This document shows, in pieces, positions 26,863 through 41,657 of a stretch of DNA of 64,000 nucleotides. The DNA is from Chrysomallon squamiferum. Taxonomy: Eukaryota > Animalia > Mollusca. Where the stretch lies: assembly GCA_012295275.1 (NCBI GenBank), contig CM022671.1, positions 17,298,001 through 17,362,000 of the forward strand, read 5' to 3'. The translations under genes were made by a program, and so were the position numbers. The stretch's first letter is position 1, and every line of letters begins with the position of its first letter. A model generated the notes under the pieces. The model ran no database searches, was not told where the DNA came from, and worked only from the letters and a program-made list of their open reading frames with translations.

Positions 26863-28843
26863 TATGTATGTATGTTTATAGTATATATATGTATGTTTGA
26901 TTTTATTATTTTTATATATGAATGTTGTGTGTAGATAAGAATTATTATTATAATTATAAAAGTAATGAATTAAAATAATGAGCGTTGAGCGATTTGGCAT
27001 TCACGTCTAACATCAAATGCTACACTTCAATAAACTGCTCCTCGCAGGCTAACGAAACAGTGTTACTAAAATAGAAATCCAAGCGTTATCTGAATGATCA
27101 AATGTAACGGGAATTGTTAAAAATCTATAATACAGTCCACGGATTAAGAATGGTAAATCTAGATGTAAGCTTTTAGAGAAACCGAAAAGGAATGATTAAT
27201 TTGTGTAATTATGTTATTAGATTTAATAAGAAGGAAAGTCGATTTTTGCACTGACCAGAAATTTATTTTAAATTATTATATTTATTTATTTATTTTTATT
27301 TTTACTTTATTATTATTAACATAGTAGTAGTATTTTTTTTATTGTGCAGTGGAATTTGTATTTTATTTATTTATTTATTATTTATTTACTATTTTATTAT
27401 TATTACTTTTTTATTTTTTATTATTATTATTATTTATTATTAAAATTTACTTTTTACAGGGTTATTAATCTGAGATAACGATATCTCTGTATTGAATCAG
27501 TGGTTCAGAAAATAACATATTCCAAAGTGATGACGTTTCTCGGTTTCAAAAAAGAAAAGAGGCTTATGGATAAATTCGACAAATTAAGTATCAGCGGAAA
27601 CGAATTGATTAAGAATACAAATCTGTCACGTATTTTCATACAGAAATGTCTTAAATGCTGACGACGGTAACATGTATGGACACTGTATTTAACCTTACGG
27701 AATTTTAAATAAATTGATTCTGTACTGCAGACGTACGAAATTCAGAACTGTATAATTCTGTATTGGGTTTTTTTTTTTTTTTTCAGCTCCTGTCAAAGAA
27801 GACGAACATGATGCAATCAGTGCACTGTACAAATTAGGCTAAAAGCTCCTGGAACTTCATCGATACTGGAAATGAAATACCAACGATAATGAACCAAATT
27901 AAAAAGTTAGAAACAAATCTGAAGGGCATGGGGTTATTTCCATTATATGATATGAAACTGAATGACCCAACACTACTTAGATATAAATGTTACTTGCAAT
28001 AACAGCCTTATGGTTGTCACAAATTACGGGTTTTAACCGAACAGACAATTACATGTCATACCTTTATTTGTTTTTAACTGAACCGGTACTTACTTATTGA
28101 AGAATTGCTAATGAAGTTCTCTCATTCTACTGAACTATTGTAATTTCTATATCAGATCATTAATTCGGATAAATAACTGCTAGTATAATTTTAACTAATC
28201 ATGAAAAGAGTTTTTATATTATCTTGGTGATCCTGCCTCGTGTTATTATTTCTCTCTGTATTTTGATTAGCGCCGCTGATTAGGGTTAGCATAGTAATAC
28301 AAACATCTGTCTGTATTGAAAAGAACCTCAGAATAGGATATGACAAAGAAAAAGGGAAAACAATATGTTGAGTGCTTCGATACTACGACTTGCCGATGAT
28401 GATGATGATGATGATGATGATGGGGATGATCTATGTCTTTGTTTTACTGGAGGAATGTCTTTGAGATAAAAATAGTACAAAAGTACAAAAGGCTGTATGA
28501 CAATAATCTGAATACGACAATAATTAATACTTGATCCTAGACTGACAGAATTAGAACTGGATGAAGCTAATACTTTGTTTGATGTTTCATCATGATATCG
28601 GTATAAATTATTTCCAGTAATGCTGGTTTGAGATAAATTATAACGACTGTTACTGAACTGAAGCTCAGATCTCATTTCTTCTGAACGTCACAGCGCTAAT
28701 TCCTCAGCTCTTACATTAATTAAAATACAGTTAGTTTTCTAAAATAATTGTTGAAATTAGTGATACACAACAACAGACTTTCTTTTTGTTATGAGGCATA
28801 CAAGGACTGAACTGTTCCGTGTTTATCAAAAAGAAAAGAAAAG

Positions 28844-28882
<39 letters not shown>

Positions 28883-29396
28883 ACTTAAGTTTCATTTTAC
28901 ATCAGTCTGCAGACATTTTGGTCCGGCCTTGACTCCAAATCACAGTACAGTTTCCAGAAAATCAAATCATCAATATTCTCGCGACATCTCTTCTTAGCGA
29001 GCATTTACACTAAAATTTCTCTTTAAAAAAAATTGCATTTCTGTGGATCTATAAATGAATGATTAAGCAATGCATTTAGGCAACAACATTTACCAGACAA
29101 AGTTGGGCCAATGAGGAACCGGATTTTTCCGGTTTTCTGGACCAGGCTAAATTATATACTGAAAATATAAAGAATACAATGAAAAATTAAAGAAATAAAT
29201 TATGTTAACAGATACAAATTGATACATTTCTGTAGATGCTTTTTTCTATTTTTATGTGTTTGCTGTTGGCTGTTGGTATCTTTTTCTCTTTTCTTTTGTT
29301 CATTTTTTTTATTATTATTATTTTTTTTTTTTCATTGTAGATCTTTTTTGTCTGCTTGGAGGTTTTATTATGTATTTATTTTGTTTTTTTTATCTT

Positions 29397-29397
<1 letters not shown>

Positions 29398-29460
<63 letters not shown>

Positions 29461-29515
29461 TTTTTTTTTTTTTTATTTTATTTTATTTTATTTTATTTTT
29501 TTTTTTTTTTTGTTG
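29398..29515. repeat. (TA)n microsatellite plus T-rich low complexity
   Basis: Directly visible. Confidence 0.9.
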
Positions 29516-32500
29516 TTCGGATAGAAATAGTTTGGTACTTGTATTTTATATTTTCGCACTAAATGTTAGACATTTCTTCCTGTTTTCTTTCATTAGTATA
29601 CATTATAATAAAGACCGAGAGAAAACAAATTATTTTCTTTGTGTACATGCAGTAAGTAGATCAGTTCTTGGACTGTGCAGGTTAGACAAAGTCGCATTTA
29701 ACGATGATAAATTAAACTCTGCGCATCCCTTCATCTCGGACTGCAGTTATTAGTAATCTCAGTTTCACGTCTTTCTAATCACAACGTGAGTATGTGATGG
29801 CTTCCAGCTGAATTCGTAAGGACAAAGGATCAAAAAGAATATCAGATAATCGTATTCATAAATGTAATTCAGTGAGAAAAACAGTTTTTTTTTTAATTAT
29901 TATTATTATTATTATTATTTCAATATTTATTGATACCATTTATTTGAAATATTCATTAGCAAAAGCACCTGGACCAGGTGTAACAGGTGACCTGATTCGA
30001 TTTGATTAGAAATCAGTACAGCTGTTTATTTTATTTCCTTATCAACAACCAGAGCATTTGAGATCCGCTTGTCTTGTTGGAAAAACTGCTGCCAAGTTTT
30101 ATCTGTCCGGTATGGAATATAGACATATTTTTTTCGATAAGCGTTCCCAGATTTATCGAAATTACATGATCCTTAGTTTATGATCGCTGGTTAACAACAC
30201 TGTTAGCCAAACTGTACATTTCATGTCATTCGCTGACACTTGAAGTGTTTCCAGACTCTGCATTATGGTCCATTCACTCAGATAACCACAGTGCATGTCA
30301 TTTCAGTACCAAAACAACACAGACTACTTTCAAACATTGTTTTTTGGAATAATCATAATCATTTATCAACATCGATGTTGTTGTTGTATGTATTATTGCC
30401 TGAGGTAGTGTTTTTGTTATTGTTTATGTTACCTGTCTTGTTCCCTTTACATCTCTACATTATCATCATCGTAATTAGATCATTACACTTGTTGTCCTCG
30501 TTGTTGTTGTCGTCACTGATGTGTCATCACCATTATCAGGATTTTACTTACAATTTTTAATCCACTTCTGGAAGTCTCTAAGCAGAGTTGAAAATCAATT
30601 TAAAAGATGCAACCTGCGTCGCAGCTTTTCTTTCATGCCGTCTTTTGACACCTGTCAACCTCTGGGACGTCACAAACCAGGCATAGTGTTCAGTGTTTCC
30701 TTCCTCTACCTTCGTTTTTCACACGAACCTTTGACGTGTCTCAGTAATTCCAGGACTTGCCAGTTTTCTCAAAGTTGCTTGGAACCAGCCACGTGACAGC
30801 TAAATGTATCTCTATTAGATTAACACTAACGTGGTCAGCCTAAGCTCCACACTCGCTATATCAATCATCGCCAAGGTGTGTTTCAAAGATAATGAGACCT
30901 TTGGGAGAGATACAATCATAATAATGTTTAGGTTTTCACTTTAGTTTCGTTTCTTTCTTTCTTTATCTCTGTACTATTGTTGTTGTCGTTTTCTCAGCCT
31001 TAACGTTGGTTTAGTTTTTAGTGAAACAGTAGCGATCTGTAGTTCGTTGTTTCACGTTTAATCGTAGGTTTTGCCAAAATTACTTATTTAGAAATAAAAA
31101 CCATGTCAGTTAAAATATTCTTCAGTATTACTGTGGTTTTTGTTGTTGTTGTTGTTGCTGTTGTTTTGCGTTATTTGTTTATTTATTTATTTATTTTTAT
31201 TTATTAATTCATTTGTTGTTGTTCTTGTGTGTTTCTGGGTGTAAAACTTTGGTTTCTTGTTGTTGTCTTGGTAACATATGAATATATAAATATAGTCACA
31301 GACATATGCACATAATTATAAACACATATAAACCGCAGTCCACAATATTTCCAAATATTTAAAACAGCTTTAATTCTTAAATGACCAAAATTCATGTCAT
31401 ATTGATTCATGTTTTGATGTTATAAGGGGTTTATTTCTTTTTATTATTTGCTTTTCTTCACCTTTATTTTATTTTTATTTTTATTTTTATTTTCATTTTC
31501 GTTTTCGTTTTCGTTTTTTTTTTTTTTTTCATTTTATCTTATTTTTATTTTTTTTTTTTTTTTTTTATTCCATTCCATTCCATATCATCCTGTTCTAATC
31601 TGTTTTGTTTATTTGTTGTTTGTTTTTTTACCAATTAATTTTGTGTTTTGTTTCCTTTTAAATTCGTTAACATATAAAGACCTACGTAACAAAACTAACA
31701 TATCAGTTCGACATTCAGAAATCTATTTTCGCTCCGTGTGCTACTCTCATTCAGTCAGCGAATTCATCAGTTTAAAGCGACCTTCTTCAGCAGAATATAT
31801 TAATTCATTTTCCTCAATAAATAGTCGTGATGAAGGAATGAGGAAATGCTTTATTTATTTAATTACACACTCGGTGCGTTTTTAATCTGTGGTTATTCGG
31901 CGTCATACGTAAGGATAAAGATAATGTATAATGAAATCTGCGCCTGCCACCCGATGATCAATTCTTTCGATTAGCAGAACGCGGCCGTATGCATTGAATG
32001 GACATGGACTGTCTTAGGCTACGTCCCACTTCAATGTGCTCAGTCCGTAGTCTAGCCAGATCTTAAAAATGGTTAATTGATTCAATATTTATTTGGCAGT
32101 TCAACATATAAATTTCACTTTATTTGTATATAACGAAAAAGCTTCTTTTTTTTTGGTCTTCAACATATTCGATTTTCAGTGTTCTGTACAAACACAATCG
32201 GCACTCTTCAAATCACTCTACAACTGGCGTGTCTACGGGAAACAGCGTCTGTGGCAAGCACTGAAACTGCGCCCCTGTCTTAACATCTTTCAGGTAACCT
32301 TACCACAAAATCTGCTCACAAATACCAGTCAAGTTTAACACAAAGTGCTTTTTGGCGCACGCCTTCAAATGGCACCCATTGCCATACCAAACCTTTGTTA
32401 CGCCACAGTCTAAAACTAATGACTTAGTAGTCCATGTAGGTGTTGGACTTAAGTTATGTTTATGGGTATATGCATGGTCTTCGATTATGAATGCCTCTCC

Positions 32501-33092
32501 TTTCTTTTTTCTTCTGGTTTTTTTTGGGAAAATATATCGACGGGTGCTCTGAGAAGGATTGGCAATCCTACCCATTATATCCCGGCCACCTTTCTAATGA
32601 TAAAGCTCTGTCCTGTTCTTGAAAACGGTTAGTAGTAAAGTCCCCCAAAATATAATTATTAGCTTTGAAATAATAAAAGGTATCACACGTGATGAACAAA
32701 ATTATTAAGTCTTAAATGTGAAAATAAGAGCAGTAAAAAACCGGTTAACATAGTCATTAGCTACTTCAAAAAGGTGTCAGTTCATTAAATGTGCATTTAT
32801 TTTGATTTAATGGAGAGCAGAAGACAGTTAGAAGGAAATTAACTATCTAAATTCTGTAGCGTTATTAATTATGTATAACTTACAGCTGTACTTATGTGTA
32901 CAACATCAATTTAACGACTCTTTATTATGCCTCAGTGTCTGATTCAGATAAAGTACTTTTAAATAATAGCTATAGTTAATATGCGTTGACGTAAACACGG
33001 TCGTTGTTGTTGTTGTTTTAAAAAGTACATATTTCGTTTCAACAAAAATAGTGTAGAAGAAGAAAAAGAAGAAGAAGAAGATTAGAAATAAC

Positions 33093-33125
<33 letters not shown>

Positions 33126-33506
33126 TGGACGAACTGATTACTATTAACAAATTAAGAACTCTGTGTTTCTTCAGAATGAGAGTTTTAAATTTATGTATAC
33201 TTGAACTCATTCATTCGAACTAAAAACAATGTCAACGGCTTTGATTCAGTGACATAACTGTTTTAATGTCCTTGAAAGAAGTCGTTTAATTTGAAAATAA
33301 ATGATGCAGACTGATGCTGTTTGAATAACATCTGACAAAATCGTACGGGAAAAAAAAAAAAGATAAAAAAGATAAAAAAAAAAAAAAGATAAAAAGATAA
33401 AAATAAATAAATAAATAAATAAATAAAGGAAAGGAAAAACGAAATAAAAGGTTTCAGTCACTAGATAAATATTACGTAAAATGTTTCAGTGTAAAAATAA
33501 AATCGC

Positions 33507-33541
<35 letters not shown>

Positions 33542-34774
33542 AGAGAGAAATGTATTAAATAAACCTCTACTTCCTGGGTTAATAAGAAGATATCAGAGGG
33601 AAACTTCTTTTTATTGAGCAAATGTAAAGAAATCGAACTTTTGAAAATGTTACGCATATGACATAGTAATTACACGATACTAGTTTTAACACGGTTTCGA
33701 TTTCTCAGTCTAAGATAAAAGGTCAAGGCAACGTCTGGAGTTTAAAACAGATAATTTGCTTTTTAAAATTAGAATGTGGTTTAATCTAACTTAGGTTAAC
33801 ATAACCGTGAATAGAGATATCTAAATATAGATTCTAATATTGGGGATTTCGTCATCTTCTTCTTGTCCATCTTATCGTTATGATTATGATGATAACAATG
33901 ACCATGACCATTATTATTATTATTCTCATCATCATCATCATCAGTATCATCATCATCATTATTTAATTTTTTAAAAAAAGAAGAAAAAGTCTAAAACGAA
34001 ACTACTGGAACCCAAGCAATTCTGGCCGTTAATAAAATGAAATGAATGAAATTTGAGAAAACTGAAGTGTTTAAACTATCACGTATTTTTCAAAATTAAC
34101 TGTATTAAATACTATTCATTTCTTGTACAAGTAAAGATAATTAAAGAGGTTACCTGGTACTGATGGCACACCTAAAAAAATAACGTGAAGGTATATTATA
34201 TATTATAATTATATATGTTTACCACGGGTCTAAGAACACATGCTGTCATTTTTAATAAGACGGTAACGAGGTATTGGCTGGATAAACGCACTGAGGAATA
34301 TTGATCTTGCAGGCTACCACGCCTCAGGCCAGGTTTTCAAACTACTGATCTTAAGCCATCACTTTGCGTAAGTATTTTACAAGCTTTCGAACCATAATTA
34401 CTGTCATCTCGTGCCGTCTTTAATAAATTTCTTATCCGATACTGCGTAGATAAAAAAAAAACCTCTTATACGTCTGTTTAGATCTGTTTATTACATACTT
34501 TTTGTGAGATGTTAAAAATCTTTATGCCTGATAGATAAGAGACTGACGTTAATTTAAACTTTTTAAAAGGAATGGGGTAAACTGGTGTTTGTTTATTGCA
34601 TTAAGGTATGCTAAAATGTAACACACACTGTCGTCCACTTACGACTGTTTGACTTTACGATAGCACCTCTGGCTTAATAAAGACGTAACCATTTTGTAAG
34701 TATTAAACATTTGTAGCGCGAACTGTTTGATTTCAACTAAGTAAAGGTTCACAAAAAAAAAAAAAAAAAAAAAA

Positions 34775-34815
<41 letters not shown>

Positions 34816-35344
34816 GAAGAAGAAAAAAAAAAAAAAAAAAAAAAAAAGGAAGTAAAACAGTTATGTATGATTTAAGGCTGAGCTAACGTGATTTACGTCC
34901 AAATCAATTTACGACCAGTTGGCAAGAACGTAATGTAGTCTCTGGTTATTAAATCATCCCATACACCTTTACGGCCTTTCTTGTTAAATATTCGGAAATT
35001 CTATTCAGTTGTATTCATTTGATAATATGGAACTTTTCAGTACTCTCTGTGATAAGTTGTTTATATATTCCTGTTGTTGATGTTGCTGCTGCTGAAGCTG
35101 ACAGTTCTTCAAAATATTTTCACGTTTATATATTTTACAGCGATTAACACTGACTTTATAAAACTTTTCGATTAAATTTTCACTCAGATACAGCTGACAG
35201 AGTGGGGGGTATGGCTGACGTAACAGAAACAGAATTAAAATATTTAAAATACCAGCTGTGTATGTTTCTGTGTACTGACCACACAAATACCTACACATTT
35301 ACACATTAAACACAGACAGCTACCAAAATACATGTGTACACACA

Positions 35345-35602
35345 GTGATAGTGATAGTGAAGCAAATTGTTGTAGTGGTAATAGTAGAAGTATAGGTAAT
35401 AGTAATAACGACTATGACCTCAATAGCAATAAGAGCAGTAGTTATAGTAGTAGTAGTAGTAGAAGTAGTAATAGTACAAGTTGTAGTTGCAGTAGTAGTC
35501 GTAATAGCAGCAGTAGTATTAGTAGTCGTAGAAGCAGTGGTAGTAGTAGCAATAGTAGTCGTATAGGTAGAAGTGGAAGTAGCAGTGAATGTAATAGTAG
35601 TA
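35345..35602. repeat. Degenerate (AGT)n trinucleotide repeat
   Basis: Visible agt/agc/aat triplets; source of the Thr-rich and Ser-rich ORFs. Confidence 0.85.
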
Positions 35603-35738
35603 TGGACTACGTTTATGCGGGTTGGAATCACTTACGTCTTGCCCCAAAAACTTGAGTGTATCATCTGCATTTATTCCATGCCAGCTAGTAAATACACAGT
35701 CACACTGCTCAAATCAGTTTAACTGAATACAGATTGCA

Positions 35739-36003
35739 GTGAAAGAAATAATGTTTAGCGACACTGCACCATATTTTAATATTAACTTTTTTTTTCTTTT
35801 TTTTTTTAAATCTGTCCTTTTCTTGCACGAGAAAGAAAAACCAACTTACTGTATGTCTTCGCATCAGCATAAAGAAAATAACCTAACATTTGATAAAACA
35901 GTTATCCAGGTATTATGTGAAGGATGAAATTAGCTGAAAGTGGTATAGGAGAACCGATCCTGGAGTCTACGGAATGTCACCTAGTGTTCTAACAACAGAA
36001 CAA
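35739..36003 (-). mobile_element. Possible very degenerate SINE remnant
   Basis: Starts with gtgaaagaaataatgtttagcgacac (similar to the SINE tail) and ends with an accgatcct...ttctaacaacaga segment resembling a reversed tRNA head. Weak support. Confidence 0.3.
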
Positions 36004-36335
36004 GGAAAGAACTATAACATTGTTTTAGTGCAATATTGATTTATCCTTGTGTGTTCTGTGTGTGTGTTTTGTCTTTGTTGTTGTTGTTTTTCTGAGTGTG
36101 TATTTTTTGTGTGTTTTTTTTTTTTTCTTTTGTGTTTTAAGATAAATAGAATAAAATAACACGTTACGTAACTGTAATAGTTTTTGTTTTCTTTGTATTT
36201 ATTTCTGGCGTGACGCTCACAATTAATGTTTTCGTTCCTGATAATGACTTTCAACGTTACGATGAACAGGAGACTGACTGCTTGTAAATAAGATGATGGT
36301 GACAACGACGATATTTCATGAATGAGTTAATAATG

Positions 36336-36472
36336 TTAGTAGTAGTAGTAGTAGTAGTAGTAATAGTAGAAATAGTAGTACTAGTACTAATAATAGAAAT
36401 AGTAGTAGTAGTACTAATAGTAGAAATGGTAGTATTAGTAACAGCAACAGTACTAGTTGTAGTAGTAGTGGT
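36336..36472. repeat. Degenerate (AGT)n trinucleotide repeat
   Basis: Directly visible. Confidence 0.85.
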
Positions 36473-37384
36473 AAATAAATAAATAAGAAAACATTCCAAT
36501 GTCAGTTTGAATACTGTTTAATAGTCACTGAATTAGTTAATTAAATCGTATAATTATTAAGAGCCTATGATTCAATGCACTCTGCTCTCAAATCAACAAA
36601 ATTCTGGGAAATTAATTTTAACTGCTAAACTATTACATTAATTAGATATATCTTTTTCTTTCTTTCTTTCTTTTTTTTTTTTTTTTTTTTTTTTGTAAAC
36701 TGTTAGAAATGATACCTTTATTTTAGGCCACTAAATCTGAGTTTCGTGTATAATCGTGAATTGAGATTACTGCAAATGACACCAGATAAAAAAGGAAGTG
36801 ATCAAATTGGAAAGAAATAATGAGTACGAAAACAAAACAAAAAACATTGAGATTATGAATGAAAATATCAGCAATCTTTTACTTGTGACATTTCAGTATT
36901 TAAATAAAACATACGAGAAGAAATCCAGAGCCACTGTAATTGGATATCAAAACAATATCTATAGGACATAATACGTGTTATTACTTCACCATAAACCAAG
37001 TCGATTTTGTAAATTCTCGGCAAATTGTGTTGTTTACCTATATCATTAACGTAGATTATTTTTGTGTTGTTTTTTTTCTCTGTCTTCATCTGTTTCGAGT
37101 TATAATTAAGCAGAACTGATCATTATTTTATTTTTGTGTTTATCTTGTCAAGTAAATGAACGATTGCAAATTGATGCGCTAATACTAGTTGTCGGACAAT
37201 TAACCCATGTCTAAAAGGACAACTGTGTGTTTTGTTTCGTTACTGTTTTTTTCTTCTTTTCACGTTTGTGTGGGCCTGTCTGAAGATCTAGCAGGGTTAT
37301 GGCTTAACCGACACCTCATTCTGTTTATTAATTTTCTTTTTATTATTTGGTTTTTTAAAATACGGATCCATCCCTCCGTGTTTC

Positions 37385-37440
<56 letters not shown>

Positions 37441-38577
37441 ATGCATGAGGACACGTATATCATTGTTCCAGAGGTTTTTTAATCTGGTTTTTTTTTTTTC
37501 TCAAATATTAAATAATAATAGAAATAAACACCATCACAAAGAAAGCAAAATTCAGATAATTGAGAAACGTATTTATTACATGAGTGTAATATTAATAGAA
37601 AAGCATTTGCAATCAAATATCATGAAAATAGTATTTAAATTAAAAAAAAATGTCCATCAGATCCAACACAAATTTATTAGGATGTAAATTAATCGTTTTC
37701 ATTTTCTAAACAAAAAATAATAATAAAAAACACCCTTGAAAATAGTATATTAAGTTTCATAAACTAAAAAAAAAAACAACAACATGAAAACATATTAGAT
37801 AATTCCTGCCCGAGAAAATTCGTTCATGGATCTACATCAACAACCACAAATTAATTCTGAGCAGTTTGTCCACTAGATATATTTTTCTAACATTACTTTA
37901 CAAATTTTTTTTAATGTGAAATCTTTAATAACATATTTTTATTCCATTAAACTTTCATATATATATTTTTTTCAATCTCCATTTCTCTTTAGCAACAGGA
38001 AAAGCATCGACCGGCGGATAAACAGAAAGCTGTTAGAAAAGTGTGTTAATTTATGTTGAAATGTATGGAGAAGATTAACATGTTTTCAGAAAGTAGTTAT
38101 GTTTTTTCTTTTCTTCTTTTTCCATAAATCAAATCCAATACATCAAATAGTTTCTCTAAATACTTTTAAAAAGAGATAAAAGTACATCTCACGCCAAAGA
38201 CTTCTTACGCAATGAAAATACTGCAGCACCAAGTAAGACTAAGTGCACATTTAACTGTTATTGTTAATTGTTATATGCATGTGTTTCTTTGTAAAATATT
38301 TAACTGTTTCTAATCGCACAAATCTAACATTAAACACGGGAATTTAAGCAAAAGCATGAAATGAGAAGTATATTTGAAAAGAAATTTTTTTTATTAATTT
38401 TAGAAGAACTTGTAAATAGCAGCATATTTCTTAAATGTTTAATGCATATGATATAGTTAGAATAAAATTTATTATTATTATTATTATTACTATTATTGTT
38501 ATTACTAATATTTTATATCAAATACAACAAGGAACCGTGTGTGTGGGGGGGGTGAGTGTGGATGTGTGTGTGTGCAC

Positions 38578-38580
<3 letters not shown>

Positions 38581-38664
<84 letters not shown>
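38581..38664. repeat. (GA)n microsatellite
   Basis: Directly visible. Confidence 0.95.
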
Positions 38665-38667
<3 letters not shown>

Positions 38668-39549
38668 AAGCAGAATTAAAAAGATTTTGTTGTTTTGTTT
38701 CTGGTTTTTTCACTTTTGATACAAAACATACTGTGACCTGGTGCAAACAACGTTACATTAAGATTTGCACACACACTGTTAACTGTGTTCTTGTCTAGTG
38801 ACTGTTTACTATCCACATTTTCCATACAGTCCTCTGTTTCCTGAATGTTCCTTTCAGCAGCTTTATATCTTTATGTAAAATAAAATGACAATAACAGAAC
38901 TGGCTCCAGAGCATAAATAAATGTTTTTTTTTTTTTACCCTTGTTAATGATAGCGTTTTCGCTGTTTAGAGATGTAGGAAAAATCCCTAAAAGACTGAGG
39001 ATTCTTTCACTGCATTTACAGGGTCATTTTTTAAAAACAATTTATTAATTTGTTTCAAAACAACTAAAATAAAAAAAGAGAAATTATAAGTCATTACACG
39101 TTCTAATAATCTGATTTATTTTACTGTAGTTATATATTAATTAAATTTTGTATCTAATATTATCCCAATCTAAACAAAATACTAATAATATAATAAAAAT
39201 ATAATTTGCAATAATATTAAATATTTTATGAAGTACAGAATACTAAATTTAAAAAATAAATAATATAACACAAAGCAGCATTTAATATAAAATAATTTAT
39301 CAAATGAGTTATTCAGAAGAACAAATATATAAATAAAAACATTTTTATTTATTTATTTTACATTATTCATCTATCCATTACTTAAGGACTGGTGCTTATT
39401 TGATGTCTATAAATCAATTTTATAACTCCCTAATTAACATACGATTCTTAAAGCATAAAACTGTCTCCCAAAAGTCTTTAATATTAATACCAGCATGCAA
39501 AGCATAATGTTAAAGCAGAATGTGTGATGAGTTACTAAGCTCTTTGGTT

Positions 39550-39659
39550 TTATTTTGAAACTCCTGTGTAGTCGATTCCTAACTGTTTACAAATGTTGTC
39601 CATGATCGAATGAATGGTCTCACTGTCAGCATGTGTCAGGTTAGGACATTCTTTTAAAC
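39550..39659 (-). CDS. DHDH: DHDH-A exon 7 (terminal)
   Basis: ttttcag|[37 protein letters not shown] (TAA at 39550-39552). Confidence 0.9.
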
Positions 39660-39931
39660 CTGAAAAAATTAAAAATTAAATAAAATAAAATAAAATAAGA
39701 ATGTATATATATAATTAAAATAAATTACAAAAGGAATTAATAATGATGATGATGATATTAATAGAATTCCCAAATAACTGGAAAATAACATATTATATTC
39801 ATATATACACACATACAAACATGTGTATATAATATATGTCTACACACACACACACACCCACATACAAAACACAATATAAACATACATACAGAAAACACAT
39901 ATACACACTGAGATAAAATGTTAATGAGGAT

Positions 39932-40023
<92 letters not shown>

Positions 40024-41592
40024 GTGTTAAACTGATCATCCACTATGCAATTTCCTGATCCAACATGTACCTCAAGACTGGTTCATCAATGTGTTTTTTT
40101 CTGCCTATGCAAAGATGCATGTAAATAATTGTGAATACACAAATATCTTTGTCAGTAATGAATTCCACATAAATCACGACAGAACCACAACTTGCTGAAC
40201 ATAAACTTTTTTCCAGACAGAATGTATTTTACTGCACTCTCTTAAAAAGGAACTATTTTAACATGTCTGTATGCAAACTTTTACCTTTTTTGAGGCAGCT
40301 CCTAACACAGCCTGACTCGTAGAACAGCCCTGCACTGTTGATAAAGTTAACAGGATGCTTCAACTCAGGCAGCGGAACTGTCGTTGTGCCAGAGGTAGAT
40401 GACGTCATCGTTGTCGGGCACCAGAAAGGAGCATCAACCTGAAACAGAGAATAAAAAAAAGTTTTTAAACACAAAAAAATGGACTACAAAAACTTCTGAC
40501 AGATTGGCTCAAATTGACCCCTCAGACTTCAATTTATGTACTCTTTAAAAAAAAAAATAATAATAATAATAATAAAAAATAAAGAAATGGGGAAATTTTC
40601 AGTTTACATCACTTATAAAATATTTCCCTTGATTGTAACAGCATGTCGCCTTTAATGGCCGTCATTGTAAGTGAGAGTTTACAGTTTGAAATTATTTCCT
40701 GTTCATGAGGAGGCCTGTGTAAAAAAATGCCTCTCTGCTAATTGTTAAAATTAGCCAATAGAATTATAGCAACTAGTTTCCTCTTGACCATGTCATTATT
40801 ATTCAAGAAAGGCATGTCTGATAAACTTAAATAATAAATTATTTTCTGATGTTAAGCATTTAGTCATTCATGGTATTGTAATTTGGTGGCAGAACACATT
40901 CCAGGACAAAATTCTAAATAATAAAACAAAACATTTTCATTAAAAATTACATTTGAACGAAAAAAAAAAAAAATCCAATATTTAAAAAAAACAATTCTAG
41001 TTAAAACAGTAATACATTAAAAATGACAATTTATATATGGTGCATTTTTCAATTTAAAATTATTTATTTTTAAAAGTTTATTTATTTATTTTTTAAAATA
41101 CTTGAATTTCATTACCAGTGAAGTTACTACAATATTTTTATCTGTTATTTTAATTTGAATTTAAAAAAAAAAAAAATCTGTAACAATTACCTTGATATGT
41201 CCTTTGGTGCCTATAATGGTAAAGGTATTGGAATCCAACTTGTTTGCCCGATCTAAATCTGGAAGATCCTTTCTCTCGGTCAGTGCTGCTGTGTGGTAGA
41301 CCAGACTGGCCATGCGATTGCCACTGTATCGCAGTATGATACATGCACCAGAATCAACACCTGATTTAAATAATATTTTATTTCAATTTCTCTTCAGATT
41401 GCTCTTTAAGTAATAATAATGTTCCTTTAGTGAGAGGAATTTTTTTTTTTTTTATATACCTGTAATTAATTATTTTAGTGCTGACCAAACTTTACTGCTA
41501 ATCAAATATGACAATAATACAATACTAATTGCACCTAGGAAGATAGGTTTTTATTTATTTTTTATTTTATTTTTTTAGGTCTTTTTTTTTTT

Positions 41593-41657
<65 letters not shown>

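Noticed and set aside
35320-35655. Thr-rich (mucin-like) and Ser-rich ORFs on opposite strands
   Set aside because: Degenerate (AGT)n microsatellite; no flanking exons or signal peptide.
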